Shown one piece after another: positions 39,630 through 48,646 of a stretch of DNA of 64,000 nucleotides. Under the pieces are notes generated by a model, which had not been told where the DNA came from, made no database searches, and saw nothing but the letters and a program-made list of their open reading frames with translations. Positions within the stretch are counted from its first letter, which is position 1. Each line of letters begins with the position of its first letter. Position numbers and translations under genes: made by a program. Where the stretch lies: positions 192,001 to 256,000 of the forward strand of contig CBDDCK010000004.1 of NCBI GenBank assembly GCA_965225855.1, read 5' to 3'. This DNA comes from Spirochaetia bacterium (GTDB taxonomy: Bacteria > Spirochaetota > Spirochaetia > SP-2023).

Positions 39630-41060
39630 ATGATTGCATTACTTTATTTATCGATAGCTTTTGGCTTGACTGGTATATTTATTGCCCATCGAAAGCAATT
39701 TAGCTTTTCCGTTCAAGTATTCTCGGCATTGTTAGCGGCTATATTGTTAGGCTGGCTCATTAATGTATTGCACAATAATTGGGCCATAGAAGCATCTGCA
39801 TTTAAGAACTGGATAGCATGGCTCAATTTTCTGGGGTACGGTTATGTAGACCTGCTGCGTATGGTTTCCATACCACTGATTATGATTTCTATTATTAGTG
39901 CTTTGGTAAACATCAATTACAAAGAAGATAAAGTGCTTAAAACGGTACTCATTATTTTGGCCACTCTGTTAATTACAGTGGTTCTTGCGGCTTTGGTTTC
40001 ATTGGTTGTTTCAGTGTTTTTGGGCCTAGATTCTTCTTCTCTAACGCCGGACGAAAAGAAATTGGCCAATTGGCAAGGGCGTATTAGTAAAATTGAAAGT
40101 GTGCCCGGGCTATTGCGTAGCTTATTGCCGAAAAATCCCTTTTTGGATATGACTGGCCAGCGCAGTTCTTCTATTGCAGCGGTTGTGATATTTAGCTTGT
40201 TCCTTTCTTGGGGATATTTGAGTTTGGATAAAGATGAGCGCAATGCCCAGCACTTAGATAACTTCCGCAATAGTGTCAATGCCTTACAAAAAGTGATTAT
40301 CAGCATGGTACGCAATGTATTAAAATTAACGCCCTATGGTGTTTTTGCGATTATGTTGCGTGTGGCTTCCAGTACCAATTTTGCTGCTTTACAAGAATTG
40401 GGCAAGTTTATAGCGGCTACTTATGTGGCACTTGGGCTAGTCTTTATTTTGCATTTGATCATTATTGGCTTGTTTGGTTATTCGCCCATTACTTATGTGA
40501 AAAAAGCTTGGCCCACATTGAGCTTTGCTTTTACTTCTCGTTCTTCAGCGGGCACGCTGCCATTGACGATTGAAACTCAAGAGCAAGCATTTGGTGTGAA
40601 AAGTAGCGTTGCTTCTATATCTTCTTCGTTAGGGACAACTATAGGGCAAAACGGTTGTGCTGGCGTATGGCCTGCCATGCTGGTTGTGATGATTTGGAAT
40701 GCCATTGGCCATAATATTGGTGTTTTGGACGTGCTTAGCCTGGTTGGGGTAATCTTAATATCTTCGCTTGGTGTTGCCGGTGTTGGTGGCGGTGCAACCT
40801 TTGCTTCTATTATGGTATTGAGTACTTTGGGGCTTAGCGAGCATTTGGCATTGGCTGTTGTACTCACTTCAATAGAATCCATTGCCGATATGGGGCGGAC
40901 CTTGGTCAATGTTTCAGGTTCTATGGTTTCGGGCTTGGTAACGGGGCGCATTACCAATGGAGTCGATCTAAGTATCTACAATAGCCAAGACAGTCAGGAG
41001 GATATCGTGGAGAATATTGCCAAAAAGAAGGGTAACAATGGGTGGACAACGAAAGCGTAG
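39630..41060 (+). CDS. tcyP: dicarboxylate/amino acid:cation symporter, L-cystine transporter TcyP-like
   Basis: FAFTSRSSAGTLP, TIGQNGCAGVWPAM, GVAGVGGGATFA, DMGRTLVNVSG. Confidence 0.82.
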   Translation: MIALLYLSIAFGLTGIFIAHRKQFSFSVQVFSALLAAILLGWLINVLHNNWAIEASAFKNWIAWLNFLGYGYVDLLRMVSIPLIMISIISALVNINYKEDKVLKTVLIILATLLITVVLAALVSLVVSVFLGLDSSSLTPDEKKLANWQGRISKIESVPGLLRSLLPKNPFLDMTGQRSSSIAAVVIFSLFLSWGYLSLDKDERNAQHLDNFRNSVNALQKVIISMVRNVLKLTPYGVFAIMLRVASSTNFAALQELGKFIAATYVALGLVFILHLIIIGLFGYSPITYVKKAWPTLSFAFTSRSSAGTLPLTIETQEQAFGVKSSVASISSSLGTTIGQNGCAGVWPAMLVVMIWNAIGHNIGVLDVLSLVGVILISSLGVAGVGGGATFASIMVLSTLGLSEHLALAVVLTSIESIADMGRTLVNVSGSMVSGLVTGRITNGVDLSIYNSQDSQEDIVENIAKKKGNNGWTTKA

Positions 41061-41153
41061 TAAATTTGTTTAGTGTTTTTATATTTTCCAGTAAAGCCGT
41101 GGGGGAGCTTACAAAGCCTAGGGGCCCTGCGGCTCTCTTTTTTACTTAAAGTG

Positions 41154-41221
41154 AGAAAATTTATTCTAGGTATATGCCCAAAGTTATTTGTGTATATCAC
41201 CCAAGTTCTTCCCGTATTTAG
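41154..41221 (-). repeat. partial, diverged third copy of the 22-bp-subunit element
   Basis: Minus strand CT-AAATACGGGAAGAACTTGGGTG-ATATACACAAATAACTTTGGGC-ATATAC... Confidence 0.7.
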
Positions 41222-41224
41222 CCG

Positions 41225-41464
41225 AGGCGCGAACCGTGAATTACCCGAGCAATTCACGCAGATAACTTTGCTTATTTTTATGCTGCGGTTGAGCAAGCCG
41301 TTCGGCAACAGAATATACCAGTTGTCTTGGGCTTTGGCGTTAAAGGGTCCACCGAAGTGCGCCAGCTTTGTGAGTTTGCCACAGGTTTTGTGATTGGTAC
41401 AGTTGCAGTCAAGCTGCAAGGAAATTTAATTGAGTATCGTAAATTTCTTGCATCGTTATCTTAG
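41225..41464 (+). pseudogene. trpA: tryptophan synthase alpha chain 3' remnant
   Basis: P*ITRA (decayed PGITGA) ... IPVVLGFGVKGSTEVRQLCEFATGFVIGTVAVK...stop at 41464. Confidence 0.65.
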
Positions 41465-41568
41465 TTGTTTCTAAAATAAAGTTTAAAGTCTGTAACCGAT
41501 GGCCTTAGTATCAATTTTGATGGCAAAAAAATTAAGAAGAATTATCAGCATATATTTGAATATAATAC

Positions 41569-41597
41569 TTGCTTTCTATTTCATAAATATGTATAAT
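41569..41597 (+). promoter_or_regulatory. sigma70 promoter
   Basis: TTGCTT-17 nt-TATAAT upstream of AAGGAG RBS. Confidence 0.65.
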
Positions 41598-41628
41598 GCG
41601 TTATCGTATTCAAAAAGGAGCTTGGATT

Positions 41629-42534
41629 ATGAGATTAGTTACTCGGTCTGACTTTGATGGGATTGTATGTTGTGTTCTCTTAGAAGAGGCAGGAATTACA
41701 AATTCTCGCTTGTATTGCCACCCTAAAGATTTACAAGATGGTAAAATCCCTATTACAAAAGATGACGTGCTGGCAAATGTTCCCTATGTGGAAGGTTGTG
41801 GCCTTTGGTTTGATCATCATAAATCAAATATTGCCCACGCACCAAAAGATTTTAAGGGAAAAGCTTATTTGGCCCCGAGTGCTGCCCGTATTATTTGGGA
41901 TTATTACGGTAGCGAAGAAAAATTTGGCTGTGAATACCAACCTTTAATGCGTGATGTCGATAAAGTTGATTCGGCCTCTTTGACTAAAGAAGATATTTTG
42001 AATCCCTGTGGCTGGGTTATGTTGGGTTTTATTATAGACCCGCGTACAGGTTTGGGGCATCATCATCATTTTAGGATTAGTAACTATCAGCTAATGCAGG
42101 ATATGGTTGGACTCATTCGCACCAAGAATCTTGAGGAAATTTTGGAATATCCAGACGTGTATGATCGTTTTACTTTTTATTACCAGAAGGTTTCCGAGAG
42201 TATTTCCATTATTCAAGAAAATTGTCGGAAAGTAGGTAAGACCGTTATATTTGAGACTCGCTATATAGATCATATGCCTGTAGGAAATAGATTTTTGATT
42301 TATGGACTGTATTCGGAATGTGATACCAGTATACAAATTGGCTGGGGTAAAAATAAAGAAAAAGTGTTTATTGCAGTTGGAAAAAGTATTTTGGATCGTT
42401 CAAATAATACCGATATCAGCGCTATCTTAAGTGTATATGGTGGCGGTGGTCATAATAATGTGGGTACTTGTCAGGTTGAGCTTGATCAAGTAGACGCTGT
42501 TATTCAAGATATTACCGCTAAGTTGAATCAATAA
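41629..42534 (+). CDS. DHH/DHHA1 phosphoesterase (exopolyphosphatase-related / nanoRNase-like)
   Basis: RLVTRSDFDG, FDHH, YGGGGH..VGTCQ. Confidence 0.85.
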   Translation: MRLVTRSDFDGIVCCVLLEEAGITNSRLYCHPKDLQDGKIPITKDDVLANVPYVEGCGLWFDHHKSNIAHAPKDFKGKAYLAPSAARIIWDYYGSEEKFGCEYQPLMRDVDKVDSASLTKEDILNPCGWVMLGFIIDPRTGLGHHHHFRISNYQLMQDMVGLIRTKNLEEILEYPDVYDRFTFYYQKVSESISIIQENCRKVGKTVIFETRYIDHMPVGNRFLIYGLYSECDTSIQIGWGKNKEKVFIAVGKSILDRSNNTDISAILSVYGGGGHNNVGTCQVELDQVDAVIQDITAKLNQ

Positions 42535-42565
42535 TAAAAATAAAATTACAAAAGGAAGGTTTTTA

Positions 42566-43753
42566 ATGGCAACAATTATTTTATCTCCCCTAGTAGTCGG
42601 TGCTGTTATTGCGTTGCTGGGGCTGTTGATTTCAATTTTAGACAGTATTGTCAATAATTATGGTGATGTGGTGGTCAATATTAACGACCATACCAAAGAT
42701 TTAACGGTTAAGGGTGGTGCGCCATTGTTGCGCAGTTTATCACAGGAAAAGATTTTCGTTCCTTCTGCATGTGGCGGTAAAGGTAGTTGTGGTGCTTGTA
42801 AAACGATTGTTAAATCTGATGTTGGGCCTCATCTGCCAACTGAATTGCCTTATCTTTCTAAAGCAGAATTAGAAAGCAATGTTCGGCTTGCTTGTCAAGT
42901 CAAGGTGAAAAAAGATATTGACATTGAAATACCAGAAGAGCTGTTTAACGTACAAGAATATCATGCTAAGGTAGAAAGCAAGCGCGTGATGACCTATGAT
43001 ATTGTCGAGCTATATTTAAAGTTAGATAATGCTATTAAATTTAAGCCCGGTATGTATATGCAGCTAATCATTCCGTCTTATAAACCAAAGAATAAAGGTG
43101 ATTTTTCTTTTAAAGGGCAGACGATGCGTGCCTATTCTATTTCTTCTCCTCCTTCTGACAATGAACATGCTGAATTTTTAATACGTTCTATGCCTCCTGG
43201 AAAACCTGGAATTGCTACTACTTATGTGCATGACCATCTGGAGGGAGGAACATCTATAGATGTTGTCGGCCCGTTTGGAGATTTTTATCTTCGAGAAACA
43301 GATGCTACTATGGTTTGTGTTGGTGGTGGTTCTGGAATGGCCCCCTTCCGTTCTATATTGCGTTATATGAAAGAACATGGAATGACTCACCGTGAGGTTT
43401 GGTATTTTTTTGGTTGTCGCGATTATCCAGATATTTATTATTTGGAAGAAATGCGAGCCCTTGAAAAAGAATGGCCTAAATTTCGCTGCGTTTACGCTCT
43501 TTCTGATAAAGAATTGCACGAGCCAGAAGAGTGGGACGAAGAAAAATTCGGTTCAAAGGATAGGATCATAACAGGGCCTAGGGCGCGAATTGATTTTGTG
43601 GTTGACGATCACTTGAAAAAACATATTAAGTCCCCTGAAGCAGGATTAGAAGGATATATGTGTGGTTCGCCCATTATGATTAAAGGTTGTACTGCAATAT
43701 TACTGGCTAATGGTATACCAAAAGACAAAATTTACAATGATGAATTCTCTTAA
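42566..43753 (+). CDS. NqrF-like membrane-anchored 2Fe-2S/FAD/NAD oxidoreductase
   Basis: N-terminal TM, SACGGKGSCGAC, RLACQ, RAYS, GGGSGMAP, YMCGSP. Confidence 0.87.
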   Translation: MATIILSPLVVGAVIALLGLLISILDSIVNNYGDVVVNINDHTKDLTVKGGAPLLRSLSQEKIFVPSACGGKGSCGACKTIVKSDVGPHLPTELPYLSKAELESNVRLACQVKVKKDIDIEIPEELFNVQEYHAKVESKRVMTYDIVELYLKLDNAIKFKPGMYMQLIIPSYKPKNKGDFSFKGQTMRAYSISSPPSDNEHAEFLIRSMPPGKPGIATTYVHDHLEGGTSIDVVGPFGDFYLRETDATMVCVGGGSGMAPFRSILRYMKEHGMTHREVWYFFGCRDYPDIYYLEEMRALEKEWPKFRCVYALSDKELHEPEEWDEEKFGSKDRIITGPRARIDFVVDDHLKKHIKSPEAGLEGYMCGSPIMIKGCTAILLANGIPKDKIYNDEFS

Positions 43754-43873
43754 GATGGATTTCAATCTTTCTTACTTAGGTTTATTTGAGGTTTGAGTTA
43801 GGAACAGTTTTTCAGATTTCTGTTTATCTGTAAAGCTGTTCCTTCGTCTTATTGTACAAAAGAAGGTAAAAGT

Positions 43874-44122
43874 ATGACTTTTGATGAAGTAAATGAAGTG
43901 TTGCAAGAGATAAGGCCTGCATTACAAGGTGATGGTGGGGATATTGATCTAATAGAAGTTAAAGAAGATGGGGAAATCGTAGTACAGATGACTGGTGCTT
44001 GTCGAGGTTGCCCTATGTCTTTGATGACTTTGAAACAAGGTATTGAGCGTTATCTTATGAGTCGTTTTCCTGAAATTACAGAAGTAAATGCTATTGGGCT
44101 GGAAATACCTTTTTCATATTGA
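43874..44122 (+). CDS. NifU/Nfu C-terminal domain Fe-S protein
   Basis: IRPALQGDGGDI, GACRGCP. Confidence 0.92.
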   Translation: MTFDEVNEVLQEIRPALQGDGGDIDLIEVKEDGEIVVQMTGACRGCPMSLMTLKQGIERYLMSRFPEITEVNAIGLEIPFSY

Positions 44123-44127
44123 TTGCA

Positions 44128-45231
44128 ATGTTTGATGTTTTGAATTTATTTGTAAACTGGTCAATACGTAGTATTTTTGGTTTTGTTTTTTGTTTTCTAA
44201 GTATGGCTGGTGCCCTGCGAGCGGAATCTGATCTTGTAAAAATGGGAAATGTGCTGCCAGGGGTAGATGAAATTCAGCTTAGCTCTGTAGAGTGGGAAAG
44301 TTTGGGATTTTCTTTTGATGGTCAATTTTTTGCTAGTATGACTTATGGTGTTGAGCATAATTTAGCAGAAGCTAAAAGCTATTTCTTTGCTAGATTGTCC
44401 ATTGTGCAACTTCGGGGGCAAAATGATGAATTGGTGTACGAACGGACTTTAAGGTGTAGTGGAACTTTTAAAAAAGGTCTTGTAGCTCGTTCTATTATGC
44501 AGGATTTGTTGCGGCGTGAAAGTAGGGAGCTTCGCAAGTTTCAGATTGAAGCTTTGGAACAAGGGGAAATACTACTTTCTCCAAAAATGGGTGAAAAAAT
44601 AACAGAATTAGAGAAAAAAGATGAAACGAAAGCTGGGCGGGAAGAAATAGCTGGAACAATGAACAATCCGTCAAATGGTAGTTTAGCCAATGAAGATACT
44701 AATGTTCTGTTTGTTGAAATGGAATCGAATGAGTTAAACCCTTCAGTTCAAGATAATAGCAAGAGTGATACTTTTTCTATTTTGCTGGAAAAGCTCCGAC
44801 AAACAGAAGAGATGCAAAGTATGGTAAAACAAAATATGCTTAATTTTTCTGGTATTCTAAACCGAGTTTATGTGATAACTCGAAATGTTAATACTACTGT
44901 GTTTCAACTGAAGCAGTTGCGGCTAGATAGTCTCAATTCTTTGCGAGGGCAAATCATTGTTTTGCAATCTAAAGGCTTTCCGCATAAATATGTGTTCCAA
45001 AAAAATTGGAATACGCTACTACAACATAATATTCAAAAATATACTCAACTTATTTTGCGTCCAATATTTATTACTTTATCTCCCGATATGGAACATCTGC
45101 TGCTAACCGTGCAAATACATGTTGATGATATGGAAGAAGAGAAAATGGCAGAAAATACTTTGACAATGGAGACAGAATTTGAAAACAATGACAATTATGC
45201 ATTTGCAACATTTTCAGTACAAGTTTATTAA
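44128..45231 (+). CDS. secreted hypothetical protein (weak DUF2259-like N-terminus)
   Basis: Signal-like N-terminus; LGFSFDGQFFASMTYG. Confidence 0.5.
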   Translation: MFDVLNLFVNWSIRSIFGFVFCFLSMAGALRAESDLVKMGNVLPGVDEIQLSSVEWESLGFSFDGQFFASMTYGVEHNLAEAKSYFFARLSIVQLRGQNDELVYERTLRCSGTFKKGLVARSIMQDLLRRESRELRKFQIEALEQGEILLSPKMGEKITELEKKDETKAGREEIAGTMNNPSNGSLANEDTNVLFVEMESNELNPSVQDNSKSDTFSILLEKLRQTEEMQSMVKQNMLNFSGILNRVYVITRNVNTTVFQLKQLRLDSLNSLRGQIIVLQSKGFPHKYVFQKNWNTLLQHNIQKYTQLILRPIFITLSPDMEHLLLTVQIHVDDMEEEKMAENTLTMETEFENNDNYAFATFSVQVY

Positions 45232-45265
45232 AATATTTTGATTTCAAAAAATAAAGGAGGTTTTT

Positions 45266-45697
45266 ATGAAACAACAATTACAAATCACAAACATAGAAGG
45301 CGATAATATAAAACTTAGTGCAGAGCCAGTCCGTTCCTTTATGGGGCAAAAGGAGCGCAGCTTTTGGATAAAAAATAGCCAGAATATGGAGCTAGAGCAG
45401 GGTGCTTGGGTAGAAGTTTGTTATCCTTCGAGCCGTAGTTTGTTGGATGTTTTTTTGTTGTTGATGTTGCCAGTGCTGTTAATAGTTGCAATAGCTCACT
45501 TACTTCCGGCTACTATGTCGCAACTCAATCAGGTTTTGATCTCTTTAAGTGGTTTGCCTATAGGGATAACTATTTTTGCTTTGAGTCAAAAAATATTGCC
45601 AAAAATGCAACCAGAAATAGTTCGTGTGCTTAGTCCCGATGAATATACGGGCCAGAGCTCGGGTTGTGGTTCGGGCTGCGTTTGTAAAGCAATATGA
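45266..45697 (+). CDS. RseC/MucC-like membrane protein
   Basis: Soluble N-terminus, two TM helices, P..VRVL, Cys-rich tail. Confidence 0.5.
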   Translation: MKQQLQITNIEGDNIKLSAEPVRSFMGQKERSFWIKNSQNMELEQGAWVEVCYPSSRSLLDVFLLLMLPVLLIVAIAHLLPATMSQLNQVLISLSGLPIGITIFALSQKILPKMQPEIVRVLSPDEYTGQSSGCGSGCVCKAI

Positions 45698-45749
45698 TTT
45701 GCGTTTGTTTTAGAAGCTCTGGAATCTGTTATAAAAACTAGGAGGGACT

Positions 45750-47504
45750 ATGCCTAGCATTGAAGAAATTCGCCACTCATTGGCCCATGTCATGGCTTAT
45801 GCTGTGAAAGAGCTGTATGGGAAGGTGAAAATGGGTGTTGGGCCAACGACATCGAGTGGTTTTTATTATGATTTAGATTTGGAGCATCGTATTAATCAAA
45901 GCGACCTTCAGCAAATTGAAGGCAAAATGCAAGAATTGATAAGGCAAAAGTATGACTTTGTGCGTGAAGAAGTTTCGGTAACAGAGGCCCGGCTGCGTTT
46001 TGCCGGCGACCGTTACAAAATGGAATTGATAGAGAATATTGTCCAGCGCGGTGAAAATATAAGTTTATATCGCTGTGGCGATTTTGTTGATTTGTGTCGA
46101 GGCCCCCATGTGGAAAATATGGCTCAAATTCCCAAAAAAGCTTTTCGGTTAGTTTCGATTGCGGGTTCTTATTGGCGTGGAGATGAGACAAATCCCATGA
46201 TGCAAAGGATTTATGGTTTTGCTTTTGAGAGCCCGACTGAATTAAAAGAGCATATTCATTTAATGGAAAAAATAAAGAAACGTGACCATCGTAAACTGGG
46301 CCCAGAATTGGACTTATTCTCTTTGCATGAAGAAGCTGGCTCTGGACTTGTGTATTGGCATCCTAAGGGGGGACGACTGCGTGTTGCACTGGAAAATTAC
46401 TGGAGGCAAGAGCATCTTGATAGCGGTTATGAAATTATTTTTACACCGCACATGGGACGTTCTTGGTTGTGGCAAACTTCAGGGCATTTAGATTTTTATG
46501 CTGATGGTATGTTTTTTCCAATGAAGATTGATGAGCATGAATATTATATGAAACCGATGAATTGCCCTTTTCACATCATGATTTACCAAAATAGCAAGCA
46601 TTCCTATCGGGATTTGCCATTTCGCTGGGCTGAATTGGGTACGGTTTATCGTTATGAGCGTTCGGGTACTATGCATGGTTTAATGCGAGTTCGTGGTTTT
46701 ACCCAAGATGATGCACATATTTTTTGTACACACGAACAGGTAGAAGAAGAAATACTGCAAGTACTTTGTTTTTCTTTAAATATGCTTAGAACATTTGGTT
46801 TTCAAAAAATTTCGGCTTATCTTTCAACCCGTCCTAAAAAAGCGGTTGGGGATTCTAAACGTTGGGAATTGGCCCAAAAGTCTTTGTTGGCCGCTTTGGA
46901 GAAAGAAGCAATTCCCTACAATATTGATGAAGGAGGGGGTGCTTTTTATGGCCCCAAAATTGATTTAAAAGTAGAAGATGCGATGAAACGGGAGTGGCAA
47001 CTTTCAACGATTCAATTTGATTTTAATTTGCCCGAACGCTTTAACATTTATTATACAGCTAAAGATGGTAGCAAGCAGCGGCCGTATATGGTTCATCGCG
47101 CTTTGCTCGGTTCGATTGAACGTTTTTTTGGTGTTTTGATCGAGCATTACGGTGGCTTTTTTCCATTTTGGCTCTCGCCCGTGCAAATAGCCATTATTCC
47201 TATACGCTTAGAACACAAGATGGCAGCAGATAAAATTTATGCAAAACTGAAAGAACTGGGTTTTCGGCTCAATTACCTAGAACGCGATGAGAATTTAAAT
47301 GCTAAAATTAAACGAGCTCAAAAAGATAAAACACCTTATATTCTGGTTATTGGTGATAAAGAAGCATCAAAAGGTATGCTTGCAGTGCGTATGCGTGGTA
47401 ATATTCAGCTTAGCGATGTCAGCCAATCGGCATTTGTTGCAGGCTGTATTCAACTACAAAAAGAACGCAGTACAGAATTGCTCTCAGATTTTTCTGTATT
47501 GTAA
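45750..47504 (+). CDS. thrS: threonyl-tRNA synthetase
   Basis: RHSLAH, DLCRGPH, RDHRKLG, KPMNCP, FTQDDAH, AFYGPK. Confidence 0.98.
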   Translation: MPSIEEIRHSLAHVMAYAVKELYGKVKMGVGPTTSSGFYYDLDLEHRINQSDLQQIEGKMQELIRQKYDFVREEVSVTEARLRFAGDRYKMELIENIVQRGENISLYRCGDFVDLCRGPHVENMAQIPKKAFRLVSIAGSYWRGDETNPMMQRIYGFAFESPTELKEHIHLMEKIKKRDHRKLGPELDLFSLHEEAGSGLVYWHPKGGRLRVALENYWRQEHLDSGYEIIFTPHMGRSWLWQTSGHLDFYADGMFFPMKIDEHEYYMKPMNCPFHIMIYQNSKHSYRDLPFRWAELGTVYRYERSGTMHGLMRVRGFTQDDAHIFCTHEQVEEEILQVLCFSLNMLRTFGFQKISAYLSTRPKKAVGDSKRWELAQKSLLAALEKEAIPYNIDEGGGAFYGPKIDLKVEDAMKREWQLSTIQFDFNLPERFNIYYTAKDGSKQRPYMVHRALLGSIERFFGVLIEHYGGFFPFWLSPVQIAIIPIRLEHKMAADKIYAKLKELGFRLNYLERDENLNAKIKRAQKDKTPYILVIGDKEASKGMLAVRMRGNIQLSDVSQSAFVAGCIQLQKERSTELLSDFSVL

Positions 47505-47673
47505 TTGTAGGAGCTAGAAGCACATTTTTAGCATTGTAACTTTGGGTAACAGCAAGCTTAATTGTAATCTAGCTTTTCCAGAATTTATTTCTTGTAAAAT
47601 AGCTGTTGTTCTGTCATATTTCTTTAGAATAATAAAAATACTACTTAAAGATAAGTAAAATAGGAATAGAGGC

Positions 47674-48633
47674 TTGGAAGATATTAAACAACTATGGGCG
47701 AATCTTGGTCGTAAACTCTGGTCTATAATTGTTCCTCCTGGGAGTCCGCAAGAATATTTGCTGGAACTGTGCTTGAGCTTTTGGGATTATGGGGCGCCTA
47801 TTGTTGGGATTCTAATATTAGCCTTGTTGCTTTATACTGGTTACAATGCTTTTGTTGCTGTTGGAGCCCAGGAATTATTATACGGAGTCTCTACTGTAGG
47901 GTTGTTATATTTGGTAGCATTAGTATTGCGTTTAGAATTTTTACTATGGGCTCTGCAGCGAATTATCCCAACTTTGGTTGTAGTATTGGCTGTTATCTTG
48001 CAGCCAGAATTGCGGCGAATTTTTGTACAAATTGGCCGCCAGAGTAATTTGTATCAGACTCAACGCCATTCATACCAAGATTTGCGTGTGATTGAGGATA
48101 TAGCTCAAGCGTGCGAAATTCTTTCTAATAGCGAGCGTGGTGCTTTAATTATTTTTAGCCGTGAGAATATTTTACGCCATATTACCAGTACTGGTACTGT
48201 TTTAGATGCTAAGCCGAGTACAGAATTAATCGTTTCACTTTTTGCCTATGATACGCCACTACATGATGGGGCTGTAATACTCAACCGTTCACGGCTAATG
48301 GCTGCGGGCTGTATTTTGCCGATAGACCCTGAAGAAACAAGTTTATTATCGATGAAATTGGGTACTCGTCATCGTTCTGCAATGAGTTTGGCGCGCAATA
48401 CAGATGCTGTAATCCTAATTGTTTCAGAAGAATCTGGCCATATTTCTTTAGCTTTTGACAGTATGATGGACTCCCATCTTAGCAGAGCCCGAACGGTAGA
48501 AATTTTGCGTGAATTGCTGCTCAATGAACATAGCGATTCTTCCAAATGGCTATCCAGATGGTTTCGCTTTGGTTCCCAGAAAGCGAAATTAATTGTGTCT
48601 TTAGTAAAGTACAAACCTAAAAATCATCAATAA
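47674..48633 (+). CDS. cdaA: diadenylate cyclase CdaA
   Basis: TM helices, QPELRR, PLHDGA, LGTRHR, VSEE. Confidence 0.92.
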   Translation: MEDIKQLWANLGRKLWSIIVPPGSPQEYLLELCLSFWDYGAPIVGILILALLLYTGYNAFVAVGAQELLYGVSTVGLLYLVALVLRLEFLLWALQRIIPTLVVVLAVILQPELRRIFVQIGRQSNLYQTQRHSYQDLRVIEDIAQACEILSNSERGALIIFSRENILRHITSTGTVLDAKPSTELIVSLFAYDTPLHDGAVILNRSRLMAAGCILPIDPEETSLLSMKLGTRHRSAMSLARNTDAVILIVSEESGHISLAFDSMMDSHLSRARTVEILRELLLNEHSDSSKWLSRWFRFGSQKAKLIVSLVKYKPKNHQ

Positions 48634-48646
48634 TTTTCAGAGAATT

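Noticed and set aside
40994..41419. ORFs 40994-41419 (-) and 41073-41393 (+)
   Set aside because: Span repeat DNA and off-frame trpA remnant; no recognisable product
43800..43843. Hairpin upstream of nfu as a riboswitch
   Set aside because: Single imperfect stem with no recognisable aptamer; likely a terminator or processing stem
45750..47504. Truncated ThrRS lacking the TGS domain
   Set aside because: Short ThrRS forms are normal in several lineages; all catalytic motifs and an RBS are present
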